A stretch of DNA of 64,000 bases from Cyanobacteria bacterium OH_SFB_17 (GTDB lineage: Bacteria; Cyanobacteriota; Vampirovibrionia; Gastranaerophilales; Gastranaerophilaceae), in contig JAEWYI010000026.1 of NCBI GenBank assembly GCA_023395735.1, positions 1,403 to 65,402 on the forward strand, read 5' to 3'. Below the pieces are notes generated by a model. That model made no database searches. It had not been told where the DNA came from and saw only the letters and a program-made list of their open reading frames with translations. Below, piece by piece: positions 18,237 through 26,898 of this stretch (positions are counted from its first letter, which is position 1; the number at the start of each line of letters is the position of its first letter). A program made the position numbers and the translations under genes.

Positions 18237-19499
18237 ATGATTACAGAAGGTGTTTCTGCACGACCTTATGAGAATCGTTATCAAAAGACTCAAAAAAGGC
18301 CAAATGTAAATTTTAAATCACAATCAGCTAATTTAAAAACTCTCGAAGACAATCAAGAAAAGGATTCCAAATTTGGAATTAAAACCTTAACAAATATGTT
18401 AGGTGTAGCTGCTTGGCTTGGTATTGTCGGATATAGTATCAAAGATTTAAAGTTGCTACAGAGAAAAAGTCCTGAGGTTGTTGCTGCTTCTGTGAAATCA
18501 TTAAAAAAACAAGTGTTAAGTTATTCAGAAAAAGCTGCTGATCAAAATGCAAATCAAAAAGTTCAGCAAGCGCTTGAAAATACAGACTCAAAAGGTTTGA
18601 GAAAAAAATTATATAACATCGGAAATTGGTTTCAAAATGCTAAAATGAAAACAGGTGGTGAACTTTTTAATAATTATTTATACGCTCTAGGAACTCTTAT
18701 TGTTATGCCTGCAGTTGTAATGTTTAGTCCTATTGGTAAAAAGGATTCATCGAAAGAAGATAAATTATTTGCTGTTTTAAGACAGCCTGTCTCTGTTGCA
18801 TCAACTTTGGGTATGCAATTTACTTTCGACAAATTGATTGATAAATATGTTCCTGAAGTTATTAAACAAAATCAATTAGAAGATAAAGCTATACTTGATG
18901 AAAAAGGAAAAATTAAATTTGTCGATGAAAACGGCAACTTTATTATGAAAAATTATGATGCTGTAAAATTCAATTCTGATGAAGCAAAAGAGGGGTTCAA
19001 GACTTTAGTTTCTACTGATAAAGAAAAAGGCGGACTAAAAGGAATTTTGAGCGCAGATGAGCTTAAAGAGCTGTTTACAAATAAGTCTTTTGAGTCTGAT
19101 GAAGCTTCTACTTATGAAAACAAGCTTGTTGATATTATTAACACAAAATTCGCAGATAAAAAGCTTAAACTTGAAAGTTTGGATGATATAGCTAAAAATA
19201 GTGAATCTTATTTGAATTTTAAAAAATTGCATGAAGTTGAAGCCTTGGGCTTAGAGCAAATGCTGCTTAAGTTTAAACGATTTACAACCGTTTTGGATTT
19301 GAAAACAATTGTTACCCAAAAAAGCAAAACTTGGGTAAATGTTGTTGCTGCATCAATAATCGGATGTACATTCTTGAATGTCGTTTATGGAAAAATGATG
19401 AAGGCTTTAAGAGGCAAAATCGCAACAGATGATGTAAAACAAAAGGAGCAACCTCCTGTTTTAAATGTTGTTTCTGAAAACGGAAAGGAGGTTAAGTAA
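18237..19499 (+). CDS. hypothetical membrane protein (420 aa)
   Basis: RBS aggggg is present. There are several predicted TM segments and a Lys/Glu-rich middle. Its stop overlaps the next start (TAATG). Confidence 0.6.
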   Translation: MITEGVSARPYENRYQKTQKRPNVNFKSQSANLKTLEDNQEKDSKFGIKTLTNMLGVAAWLGIVGYSIKDLKLLQRKSPEVVAASVKSLKKQVLSYSEKAADQNANQKVQQALENTDSKGLRKKLYNIGNWFQNAKMKTGGELFNNYLYALGTLIVMPAVVMFSPIGKKDSSKEDKLFAVLRQPVSVASTLGMQFTFDKLIDKYVPEVIKQNQLEDKAILDEKGKIKFVDENGNFIMKNYDAVKFNSDEAKEGFKTLVSTDKEKGGLKGILSADELKELFTNKSFESDEASTYENKLVDIINTKFADKKLKLESLDDIAKNSESYLNFKKLHEVEALGLEQMLLKFKRFTTVLDLKTIVTQKSKTWVNVVAASIIGCTFLNVVYGKMMKALRGKIATDDVKQKEQPPVLNVVSENGKEVK

Positions 19500-20254
19500 T
19501 GAATATCTCCTTGAATAATCAAATTAACAACAGTTTTAAAGGTAATTCTTATGTCGAAGATTACAGACAGGTTAAGAAAGAATTTAAAGAGGCTGTAAAA
19601 GCAAAATCAAGTAAGGAAGTTTTTGACTCTCTTTATAAAAGGCTTGACTCTGTTGAAAAGACGGTCAAAGGTCAAATTTCTAAACCGAGTATTCCTGCAG
19701 TATTCAGGCATTTAGTTAAATTTTGCGCAAAATCTAACTCAAAAACAGGTAATAAGGTTGTAGATACCGCAAGTTTACTTACAAATATTGTGCTATGGGG
19801 CAATGTCGGAAAAGAGGCTGTCGGAACTACCATGTACACGGTTCAGGCTTGGACAAATACGGATTTGCCAAAAGATAAGAGAAAATTTGTCGGGCTGTAT
19901 GATTTGTCAGTCGGACTTGTTTCTACTGCGTTTTCTTTTATTTTTGGTGTAGGACTTGAAAAATCTATTAAAAAGAAATATAAAAATATGTTGAAACCGT
20001 TGACAAGTTCTTCAGATGCTGCACTTCGTTCAAGAGCAGGTGCTGCAATTGTAGGTTTGGCTGCATTCTCTTCTTTTGCTCTTCAAACAATAGTAGGAAA
20101 ACGTATTGTTGCTCCGGCAGTAGCTACGCCTGTTGCAGGACGATTAAAGAAAAAACTTGAAGATAAAGAACTGCAAAAAAATAGCGGTGAAAAATCTGAT
20201 GTTAAATATACAAAACAAGGTTTTGTTGATACAAAGAAAAGTAAGTTTGTATAA
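19499..20254 (+). CDS. hypothetical membrane protein (251 aa)
   Basis: RBS aaggagg is present and it is translationally coupled to the upstream gene. The N-terminus is MNISLNNQINNSFKGN. Confidence 0.6.
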   Translation: MNISLNNQINNSFKGNSYVEDYRQVKKEFKEAVKAKSSKEVFDSLYKRLDSVEKTVKGQISKPSIPAVFRHLVKFCAKSNSKTGNKVVDTASLLTNIVLWGNVGKEAVGTTMYTVQAWTNTDLPKDKRKFVGLYDLSVGLVSTAFSFIFGVGLEKSIKKKYKNMLKPLTSSSDAALRSRAGAAIVGLAAFSSFALQTIVGKRIVAPAVATPVAGRLKKKLEDKELQKNSGEKSDVKYTKQGFVDTKKSKFV

Positions 20255-20280
20255 TTAAACTTGAATTTTGTAAATATGTA

Positions 20281-20320
20281 AAAACAAAGAGCTGAATCGT
20301 TTGATTCAGCTCTTTGTGAG
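20281..20320. terminator. bidirectional terminator between convergent genes
   Basis: Stem AAAGAGCTGAATC / GATTCAGCTCTTT with a 4-nt loop. Confidence 0.8.
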
Positions 20321-20338
20321 AAGAGTAAATGTATTAAC

Positions 20339-22363
20339 TTACTCTTGGCAACCGAAAGCGATTGTAACGTGTTCTTTAGGGTTAACTGCTGAGATTTTGT
20401 TTCCTTTAGGATCAACAAGATAAGCAACCTCGTCGCCGGTAGTTTGGAATAATCCCATAGTTCCGCTAAGGGCAGTTCTTGAGAAGTCAACAGGAGCGAT
20501 AACAAGAGCTTTTCCAGCATCTTGTAAGCTTCTTCCTGCTGCACGGAATTGACCTTGCATAGTTTCCCCAAGAGCGATACCTGTACCGTTAGAAATGCTT
20601 TCAACGGCGTTTCCTGCGTTAGATATCATACCACCGGTTGTTCTGCCTACTGTACCGATAAGGCTACCAACAAGAGTGAATGGCATAGAAACAAATCTAG
20701 CTACTGCGTTTGGTGTTTTCTTGCAGTTGATTTGAGCTGTTAGGATTTGTTTTGGCAAATCAGCTTTGCATCCATCGCAATCTTGGATAGTTGTAAAGGA
20801 CAGCTTTAATGCACCTTTTTGGCAGCCAGATGGTCTTATTACTTCAACAATTTTACCGTTAACTCTTGAACCGGCAGGATAAGTTTTGCCGTTGATTGTT
20901 ACATCTTCAAGTGTTGATGTTGCAAATTGTTGGCCAACGTGTGAAGATTTAGCATTGATTTCATCTAAGAATTCTAATTTCAAAGTAGGAATTTTTACTA
21001 TTTCTTCATTTTCCATGTATGCTTTTTTAGCGCATCCGCAGTCTGTGCTTGCGGTAGTTGGGTTTTTATCATAACCTGCTGCTACACGTACAGTTTGAAG
21101 CATAGAAGCAAGATCTGCTCTTGAAGCATCTTTACATGGGCTAATTGTGTTAGGATTTGGACTATCTTTTAAAGCACCTGTTTCAAGAGCTTTAGCGATA
21201 GGGATTTGAGCCCAAGATGGAACTTTATCTCCGTCGCAGTATTTGCCAAGAATTTCTTGTGCTTTGCAAGAATCCATATCACAGTTTATACCATGAGCAA
21301 GTGCTGTAAGTGCTTCTGCACGAGAAACAGGACTTTTTGGTTTAAATTTATTGCCAGGATATCCGGCCATTATGCCGCTTTCAACAGCTTTCGCGATATA
21401 AGGATTAGCCCAGTGGCTTTTCGGTACATCTTTGAACATCTGTTTAGATTGCAAGCAATCGCATCCCGCAATATTGTAATTGAAGCCTTTAGTCATCATT
21501 GCCGCAAATTCAGCACGTGATACAGGAAGGCTAGGTTTGTATGTTCTGTCAGGGTATCCTGCAACAACATTGTTTATTGCAAGTCTATCGATAGCGCATC
21601 CAGCCCAATATCCATCTGGAACATCAGGGAAAACGCTTACCAAGGGTGCAGCCGCACCTGTTGTAGAGCTAGAAGCTTCAAAAGGCACGAATGACTTTTT
21701 GAGTGCTTCCATAGAGCTGCAAGTTTGGATTTCGATAGGGCAAGCTGCCGCATCTGTTTGACAGCAGTTTCTGTCAACGTTTACACCTTTAAGTGTTGTT
21801 GGGCATCCGCAAGGTGCTGCTGCGCCTGTAATGATAGGCAATGTTTCGCAACCGCATCCAACAGGAGCTGCTGCACCAGTCAAGTGCTGATCAGAAGCAA
21901 CTGTTACGCCAGGGCGAGATGCCATAGATGAAGATTGAGCTTGGTCTATTTCCCAAGCTGTTTCAGTTGAGTAAATCGCATTTTTCTGTTCCCCAATATA
22001 GTTGTTGTCGCCGTAAATAGCGTTTGGATATGCGTAAACTTGCTTCATGTCTAACTCTGCGCAACTGGTGTTCGGACAGATAGCGCTTGCTGGGTCAGTT
22101 GTTTTACATGATGTATCTCCGCAAGTATCGCAAGGATCTTTTTTGCATCCACAATCATCCTTTACTTTACATCCGCAAGAGTTTTTCTGCAAACCGCAAA
22201 TTGGACATTTTGCAGTTTCAGGCGTAACAATTGTTTTGCATGTCGGACATGCACTTGTTACTGGGCTTGATTTACATGGGCATGCTGCATTTGCACTCGA
22301 AAATGAACACGTTGCTATTCCAACGGCAATCGCAGCTGCCACAGTAAGTTTTCTAATCGTCAT
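20339..22363 (-). CDS. secreted triple-SLH-domain envelope protein with a Cys-rich N-terminal region
   Basis: The start follows aaggaggtaaaaATG, and the signal peptide is MTIRKLTVAAAIAVGIATCSFSSANA. Three SLH repeats are present (FPDVPDGYWAG..., FKDVPKSHWAN..., DKVPSWAQ...). Confidence 0.85.
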   Translation of the reverse strand: MTIRKLTVAAAIAVGIATCSFSSANAACPCKSSPVTSACPTCKTIVTPETAKCPICGLQKNSCGCKVKDDCGCKKDPCDTCGDTSCKTTDPASAICPNTSCAELDMKQVYAYPNAIYGDNNYIGEQKNAIYSTETAWEIDQAQSSSMASRPGVTVASDQHLTGAAAPVGCGCETLPIITGAAAPCGCPTTLKGVNVDRNCCQTDAAACPIEIQTCSSMEALKKSFVPFEASSSTTGAAAPLVSVFPDVPDGYWAGCAIDRLAINNVVAGYPDRTYKPSLPVSRAEFAAMMTKGFNYNIAGCDCLQSKQMFKDVPKSHWANPYIAKAVESGIMAGYPGNKFKPKSPVSRAEALTALAHGINCDMDSCKAQEILGKYCDGDKVPSWAQIPIAKALETGALKDSPNPNTISPCKDASRADLASMLQTVRVAAGYDKNPTTASTDCGCAKKAYMENEEIVKIPTLKLEFLDEINAKSSHVGQQFATSTLEDVTINGKTYPAGSRVNGKIVEVIRPSGCQKGALKLSFTTIQDCDGCKADLPKQILTAQINCKKTPNAVARFVSMPFTLVGSLIGTVGRTTGGMISNAGNAVESISNGTGIALGETMQGQFRAAGRSLQDAGKALVIAPVDFSRTALSGTMGLFQTTGDEVAYLVDPKGNKISAVNPKEHVTIAFGCQE

Positions 22364-22556
22364 TTTTACCTCCTTGTGTTTACTCGAGGTCATTTATTAA
22401 ACAAACCTCTTAAAATTAATTCAAAAAAACTTATTACACTGATTATGTATTCTAATGGCGTTAGTAAACATTGCCAAAAAAGGTTATCTGCTCGGGCTAT
22501 TTATAATCTATTTAGTAATAACATATTAGTTGATTTTGAAGATAATTTTGTCCGTA

Positions 22557-22590
22557 AAAATACCTACACGAGCTGTCTTAGGTATTTTTT
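22557..22590. terminator. bidirectional hairpin in the SLH-gene upstream region
   Basis: Stem AAAATACCTA / TAGGTATTTT with a 12-nt loop, an A-run before and a T-run after. Confidence 0.45.
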
Positions 22591-22677
22591 CGGACTTTTC
22601 AAATTTAAATAATACGTTATACTTAAAATGTAAGTTCAAGGAGCTTATAAAGCCGGTAGTTAAGGCCCACGCCCAAG

Positions 22678-23061
22678 ATGGCAAGGTCGTTTGCTATTTA
22701 CAAAGATGTAATCTTTGTTCAGAAAAGTGGAATTATGGGGTATATTCATTGTTGCGGGGGGATTCGCAAAGCAAAAAGTTATGCACTTAGTCCACAGAGG
22801 GGTTATTTATATGCTCAGGTAGATTTATTACAAGAGTGTCCCGTTTGCTTTCATACGGTCGTTCAGATAACCAGAATGGATTTAAATAATAACGTTTCTG
22901 TTTGTAGAAAAATTAATGATAAAGCAAGAAAACTTTTTGATAAAATCAAATCGGAAATTTTATATGAAAAAGATAAATACAAGTTTGTGACAAATCCAAC
23001 GTCAAAATTTTATCTTTATTACAACGAATACGGAATTAAAAAAAGTGTTATTCAAATATAA
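22678..23061 (+). CDS. hypothetical Cys-rich (CC...CPVC) protein; start uncertain
   Basis: The C-terminal two thirds look protein-like. The RBS is weak, with an alternative ATG at 22735 (MGYIHCCGG). A terminator follows at 23174. Confidence 0.4.
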   Translation: MARSFAIYKDVIFVQKSGIMGYIHCCGGIRKAKSYALSPQRGYLYAQVDLLQECPVCFHTVVQITRMDLNNNVSVCRKINDKARKLFDKIKSEILYEKDKYKFVTNPTSKFYLYYNEYGIKKSVIQI

Positions 23062-23173
23062 GTTCATTAAAGTTGGGATTGTTTGAAAACGGAAAAGAAT
23101 TTAGTAATAACCAGTTAAAAATACATAGCACACACTATCCTAAATAGAATCGATTCTTTTATCTTACTCTGAC

Positions 23174-23202
23174 GGGGAAGCTTTTGCTTCCCTCTTTTTT
23201 TA
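23174..23202 (+). terminator. rho-independent terminator
   Basis: Stem GGGAAGC / GCTTCCC with loop TTTT, followed by TCTTTTTTT. Confidence 0.7.
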
Positions 23203-23292
23203 TAAGAAAATACATTAGAATTAGTTATTATTTAAAGTGTAGTATTAGATAACTGGCTAGTGTTTAGTATATAAATAGAAATTTAAGGAATT

Positions 23293-23496
23293 ATGATGAA
23301 GTTATCGAAAAGAGAGTTGGAAATCCTTGAGCTAATCAGTTGGGGTTACTCAGACAAGGAAATTGCTTGTAACTTAAAAATATCAGCAAGAACAGTTCAA
23401 ACTCACGTAACAAGAATAGTGATAAAGTTGAATGCAAGAAATAGAACTAATGCAGTTGCCAATTATATGAGACAAAATTATATGAGTTTTGCCTGA
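23293..23496 (+). CDS. stand-alone LuxR/GerE-type HTH transcriptional regulator (67 aa)
   Basis: LSKRELEILELISWGYSDKEIACNLKISARTVQTHVTRIVIKLNARNRTNAV is a complete GerE-type HTH with no receiver or ligand domain. Confidence 0.8.
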   Translation: MMKLSKRELEILELISWGYSDKEIACNLKISARTVQTHVTRIVIKLNARNRTNAVANYMRQNYMSFA

Positions 23497-23577
23497 TTTG
23501 CTGAAAAATAGATTAATTTATTAAATTGCAACATCTAAGTTGTTGCTAGTTGTTATGCAAAAAAAAGGAGAGTCATA

Positions 23578-24066
23578 ATGAAGAGAATAATATTGCATTG
23601 GACTGCAGGTGGAGCTTTTCCGACTTCTTATGAGAAGGAGAGGTATCATTTTTTGGTAGATGGCTTGGGAAAAATTCATTCAGGTAAATTTAAACCCGAA
23701 GCTAATTTGGTTTGTCGAAAAGGAATGTATGCAATGCACGTAGGTGGCGGAAATACAGGTTCAATTGGGGTTTCGATGTGTGGAATGGCCGAATTTAAAA
23801 ATAAAAATAACCAAGGAAAATTTTCCATTAACAAAGTCCAGTTTGAATCAACAATGAAATTATGCGCCAAACTTGCGAATGACTACAAAATAAACTTAAT
23901 TCCGCAAAATGTTATGACTCATTATGAATTTGGGGAGAAAAATCCTAAAACGACCAGTCACGGAAAAATAGATATAATTTTTATTCCGCCTTATCCATGG
24001 ATTGCAAAGGAAGATTGCGGAAGTTTTATAAGATCAAAAATTCGTTGGTATCAAGAAAATATTTAA
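23578..24066 (+). CDS. N-acetylmuramoyl-L-alanine amidase (Amidase_2 / T7-lysozyme-PGRP fold), probable endolysin
   Basis: IILHWTAG (Zn ligand region), YHFLVD, HVGGGNTGSIGVSMCG and THYEF are present. The RBS is aaggaga. Confidence 0.75.
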   Translation: MKRIILHWTAGGAFPTSYEKERYHFLVDGLGKIHSGKFKPEANLVCRKGMYAMHVGGGNTGSIGVSMCGMAEFKNKNNQGKFSINKVQFESTMKLCAKLANDYKINLIPQNVMTHYEFGEKNPKTTSHGKIDIIFIPPYPWIAKEDCGSFIRSKIRWYQENI

Positions 24067-24081
24067 TGGAGAGGGTTTTAA

Positions 24082-25626
24082 ATGCAAACTTTATTTTATA
24101 ATTTATCTGGAGGAATAAGTCAGTCACAGAGCAAAACTGCAATGGGGTTGGAAACAAAAAAGCTTTATTGGACTGATGCTGAAAATATAGAAATTTTACA
24201 AAATAGCGGAATTATAAGGCAAAACGGAAACACTCGGCTTTTTACTTTGCCAGACAACGATGAAATAATAACGCTTCATCAAATGAAAGATATTGACTCG
24301 TACAATCTTTTAGTAGCTACAAAAAGCGGAAAACTTTATGTGTATTCTACTAAGAGTCTTACATTAACTGAATTGGATAAAAAAATAGATAGCTCAGTTC
24401 CTCTTTTTTGTGTTGAATATTTAGATGGGATTGTTTGCGGAAGTGAAAAAGATTCTCTTTTTTATATAAATAACGATGTTGGTTTTGCTGTGGAAAGCTG
24501 TAATCTTCTAGACTCTTTAGGTGCTCCGATTATGGTAAATGCGATTGGAATTTACAGCGGCAGAATTTGGGTTGCATCAAAAGCTACATTATATTATTCA
24601 GCACTTGGAAAATATAATGATTTTACTTCAGAAAATGATGCAGGTTATATTAATAATTTTTATACAAACACTGATGATATTTGCGCATTGAAAACGTATC
24701 AGGATTATCTGGCAATTTACAAGGAATCATCGGTATATTTGCTTTCTGGGTCGAATAATGATGATTTTAAGATTACCCCTTTTGCTGATAAAGGAACAGC
24801 CTCTGCTTTTGGGGTTGTTACTGTAAATAACAAGCAATATTTTATTAATGATGGTGTTTTTTCACTTGAGCAGGCAGGTTTGTTGAGGCAAATTCAGTTG
24901 GGCGCTGAGATTTCAATTCCTATTCAAAAAGAATTTAATCAGTTTGACAAAACCAGATTTTCAAAATTAATCGTTTTGCATTATGCAAACAAACATCAAG
25001 CGTGGTTTTTTCTTCCTTATCAAAATGATGAATATTTTCATACTATATGGATTTTTGATTATGTAAGCGAGGCTTGGTTTAAGAGGGTTGTGCCTCAAAA
25101 TATTACGTTTGCTTGTTTGTGTAATGGTTCAATTCTTACAGCAGATTCAAGCGGAAACGTTTATAAAGAAGATTTTGGAAAAACGTTTGATGGGCAGCCA
25201 ATTAAATTCCTTTGGAAATCCCCATTTTTAGCCTCAGGAAATTCAAATGTGAGAAAAACTATCGAAGAATTTTATTTTATCTTGGATGAGGATTACGATA
25301 ACGATTTTCAATTTTCAGTGTATAAGGATTATGATGCAGAATATAAAGATGACGGAGACAAAATTTATTCTTCCAATTCGACAAATCTTCTTTGGCATAA
25401 TGATTCATTGAATTCAAACAGAAATTATTGTTGGCCAGTTGAGTTGGTGAACAAATCCGCCTCAATGTCAAAGCCTGTTTTATGGTCGACAGGTGCAGAT
25501 TCTATTTATAAAGCTGAAATTTCAGAATCAAATTATGCCGTCCAGCTTTGTGTGGAAGGGAGCTCAATTGAACATAATGTTGCGATTATAGGTTTGGAAT
25601 TTAAAGAAATTTATACAGATGAGTAA
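24082..25626 (+). CDS. podoviral tail tubular protein B / nozzle-like protein
   Basis: The N-terminal FYNLSGGISQSQ matches the NLKGGISQQP signature I recall from the T7 gp12 N-terminus. The remainder is beta-rich and repeat-like. Confidence 0.55.
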   Translation: MQTLFYNLSGGISQSQSKTAMGLETKKLYWTDAENIEILQNSGIIRQNGNTRLFTLPDNDEIITLHQMKDIDSYNLLVATKSGKLYVYSTKSLTLTELDKKIDSSVPLFCVEYLDGIVCGSEKDSLFYINNDVGFAVESCNLLDSLGAPIMVNAIGIYSGRIWVASKATLYYSALGKYNDFTSENDAGYINNFYTNTDDICALKTYQDYLAIYKESSVYLLSGSNNDDFKITPFADKGTASAFGVVTVNNKQYFINDGVFSLEQAGLLRQIQLGAEISIPIQKEFNQFDKTRFSKLIVLHYANKHQAWFFLPYQNDEYFHTIWIFDYVSEAWFKRVVPQNITFACLCNGSILTADSSGNVYKEDFGKTFDGQPIKFLWKSPFLASGNSNVRKTIEEFYFILDEDYDNDFQFSVYKDYDAEYKDDGDKIYSSNSTNLLWHNDSLNSNRNYCWPVELVNKSASMSKPVLWSTGADSIYKAEISESNYAVQLCVEGSSIEHNVAIIGLEFKEIYTDE

Positions 25627-25711
25627 ATATTGCACTTGAGAATAATTGTAATATTTTTACGTAAATAACTACCGCGAATTTTCGCAAAAAAAAAGAAAGG
25701 AAAACAAAAAA

Positions 25712-26575
25712 ATGAGTGATTTGACAACAAACAGCTATTCTGCTTTTATTCCAGAAATTTGGAGCCAAAAGTTGAATACAATGCTATCAAAAAGTTGTGT
25801 TATGCTTCAATGTGTAAACAGAAATTATGAAGGTGAAATTAAAAATCAGGGTGATAGTGTGAAAATTATTACGCCGGCAGAAGTTTCAATTTCAACAATG
25901 GGTTCTTCCGCAATAACTTATAATGAGCTTGCTCCAGAAGAAACAGATTTGGTTATTGATCAAAAGAAATTTTTCGCATTTAAGATTAATGATGTTGCAC
26001 AAGCCCAAGCAAACCAATCAATTATGGAAGCGCATCTTCAAAATGCTAAAAAAGCGATAGAGCAGGTTCAAGATTCTTTTTTGCTTGGACAACACGCTTA
26101 TGTTGATTCTGCAAATATTGTAGAAGGCGGTTCTGCAATTGTGCTTGATAAATCTACAATTTATGCAAATTTTGTAAAATTAGCATTGAAATTGAAAAAT
26201 TCAGATGCTGTTTCTAATAACCAAAAACCTTGGGTTGTAATCAATCCGACAGTAGAAGCATTTTTGCTACAAAGCACAGAATTTATTGGTGCTCATAACG
26301 TTGCAGATGAAACTCTAAGAGAGGGTGCAATCGGAAGAATTGCAGGCATGGACGTTTTGGTTAGCACAAATTTGAGTGACGTTGATGGTAAATTCTATGT
26401 TTTAGCCGGTACAAACGAAGCGATTACTTTTGCTTCTCAACTTTCTAAAATTGAAAGCTTAAGAGACCAAGATAGCTTCTCTGATTTAGTTAGAGGCTTA
26501 TATTTGTATTGGGCAAAAACTGTTCAGCCTAAATCTTTGGCAAAAATGGTTATAACTGTTCCTGCATCCGTGTAG
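25712..26575 (+). CDS. phage major capsid protein (P22-coat/HK97-fold-like)
   Basis: The N-terminal SAFIPEIWSQKLNTML...NYEGEIKNQGDSVKI pattern is typical of coat proteins. It is followed by a very strong terminator, as is common for highly expressed capsid genes. Confidence 0.65.
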   Translation: MSDLTTNSYSAFIPEIWSQKLNTMLSKSCVMLQCVNRNYEGEIKNQGDSVKIITPAEVSISTMGSSAITYNELAPEETDLVIDQKKFFAFKINDVAQAQANQSIMEAHLQNAKKAIEQVQDSFLLGQHAYVDSANIVEGGSAIVLDKSTIYANFVKLALKLKNSDAVSNNQKPWVVINPTVEAFLLQSTEFIGAHNVADETLREGAIGRIAGMDVLVSTNLSDVDGKFYVLAGTNEAITFASQLSKIESLRDQDSFSDLVRGLYLYWAKTVQPKSLAKMVITVPASV

Positions 26576-26593
26576 GCGTATTAATAAAAAAAT

Positions 26594-26638
26594 TAGCGGG
26601 GCAAAAAAGGCAAAGCCTTTTTTGCCCCGCTTGATTTT
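26594..26638 (+). terminator. strong rho-independent terminator after the capsid gene
   Basis: 16-bp stem AGCGGGGCAAAAAAGG / CCTTTTTTGCCCCGCT followed by TGATTTTT. Confidence 0.85.
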
Positions 26639-26652
26639 TGAAAGGAAAAAAT

Positions 26653-26898
26653 ATGTTTAGCAATATAAAAATAAAAATTACAGAGCTCGCTTATTCTGCT
26701 GTGACTATCGCAGAAGATACTCTTTCCACATCAACAGGCCAAGACAAAAAGAAAGCTGCTGTAGAATATGTTGTTTCTATGCTGCCTATTGCAGGGCCTT
26801 TTAAACCTGTTTTAATTTTACTTTTGTCAAAATTTATAGATCAGGCAGTAGAAAGCGCTGTTTCATATATGAAAAACATAAAGAATTCGGAGGAATAA
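26653..26898 (+). CDS. small phage protein with an LL-H-holin-like C-terminal motif
   Basis: GQDKKKAAVEYVVSMLP...LLLSKFIDQAVESAV resembles the conserved tail of LL-H family holin-like proteins. It has one hydrophobic stretch. Confidence 0.35.
   Translation: MFSNIKIKITELAYSAVTIAEDTLSTSTGQDKKKAAVEYVVSMLPIAGPFKPVLILLLSKFIDQAVESAVSYMKNIKNSEE

Noticed and set aside
20083-20604. A 173-aa minus-strand ORF spanning the end of the 19499 gene, the terminator and the 3' end of the SLH gene.
   Set aside because: It crosses a bidirectional terminator and overlaps two well-supported genes in other frames. It is a low-complexity translation artefact.
20549-22400. A series of plus-strand ORFs (20549-20743, 20886-21074, 21206-21931, 22047-22400) antisense to the SLH gene.
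   Set aside because: All lie antisense to a gene with a signal peptide and three SLH repeats. Their Cys/Ala-rich translations mirror the sense-strand bias.
22376-22790. ORFs 22376-22612 and 22530-22790 in the SLH upstream region.
   Set aside because: They have no RBS, run across the 22557-22590 hairpin, and give AT-rich junk-like translations. The region is more likely promoter and leader.
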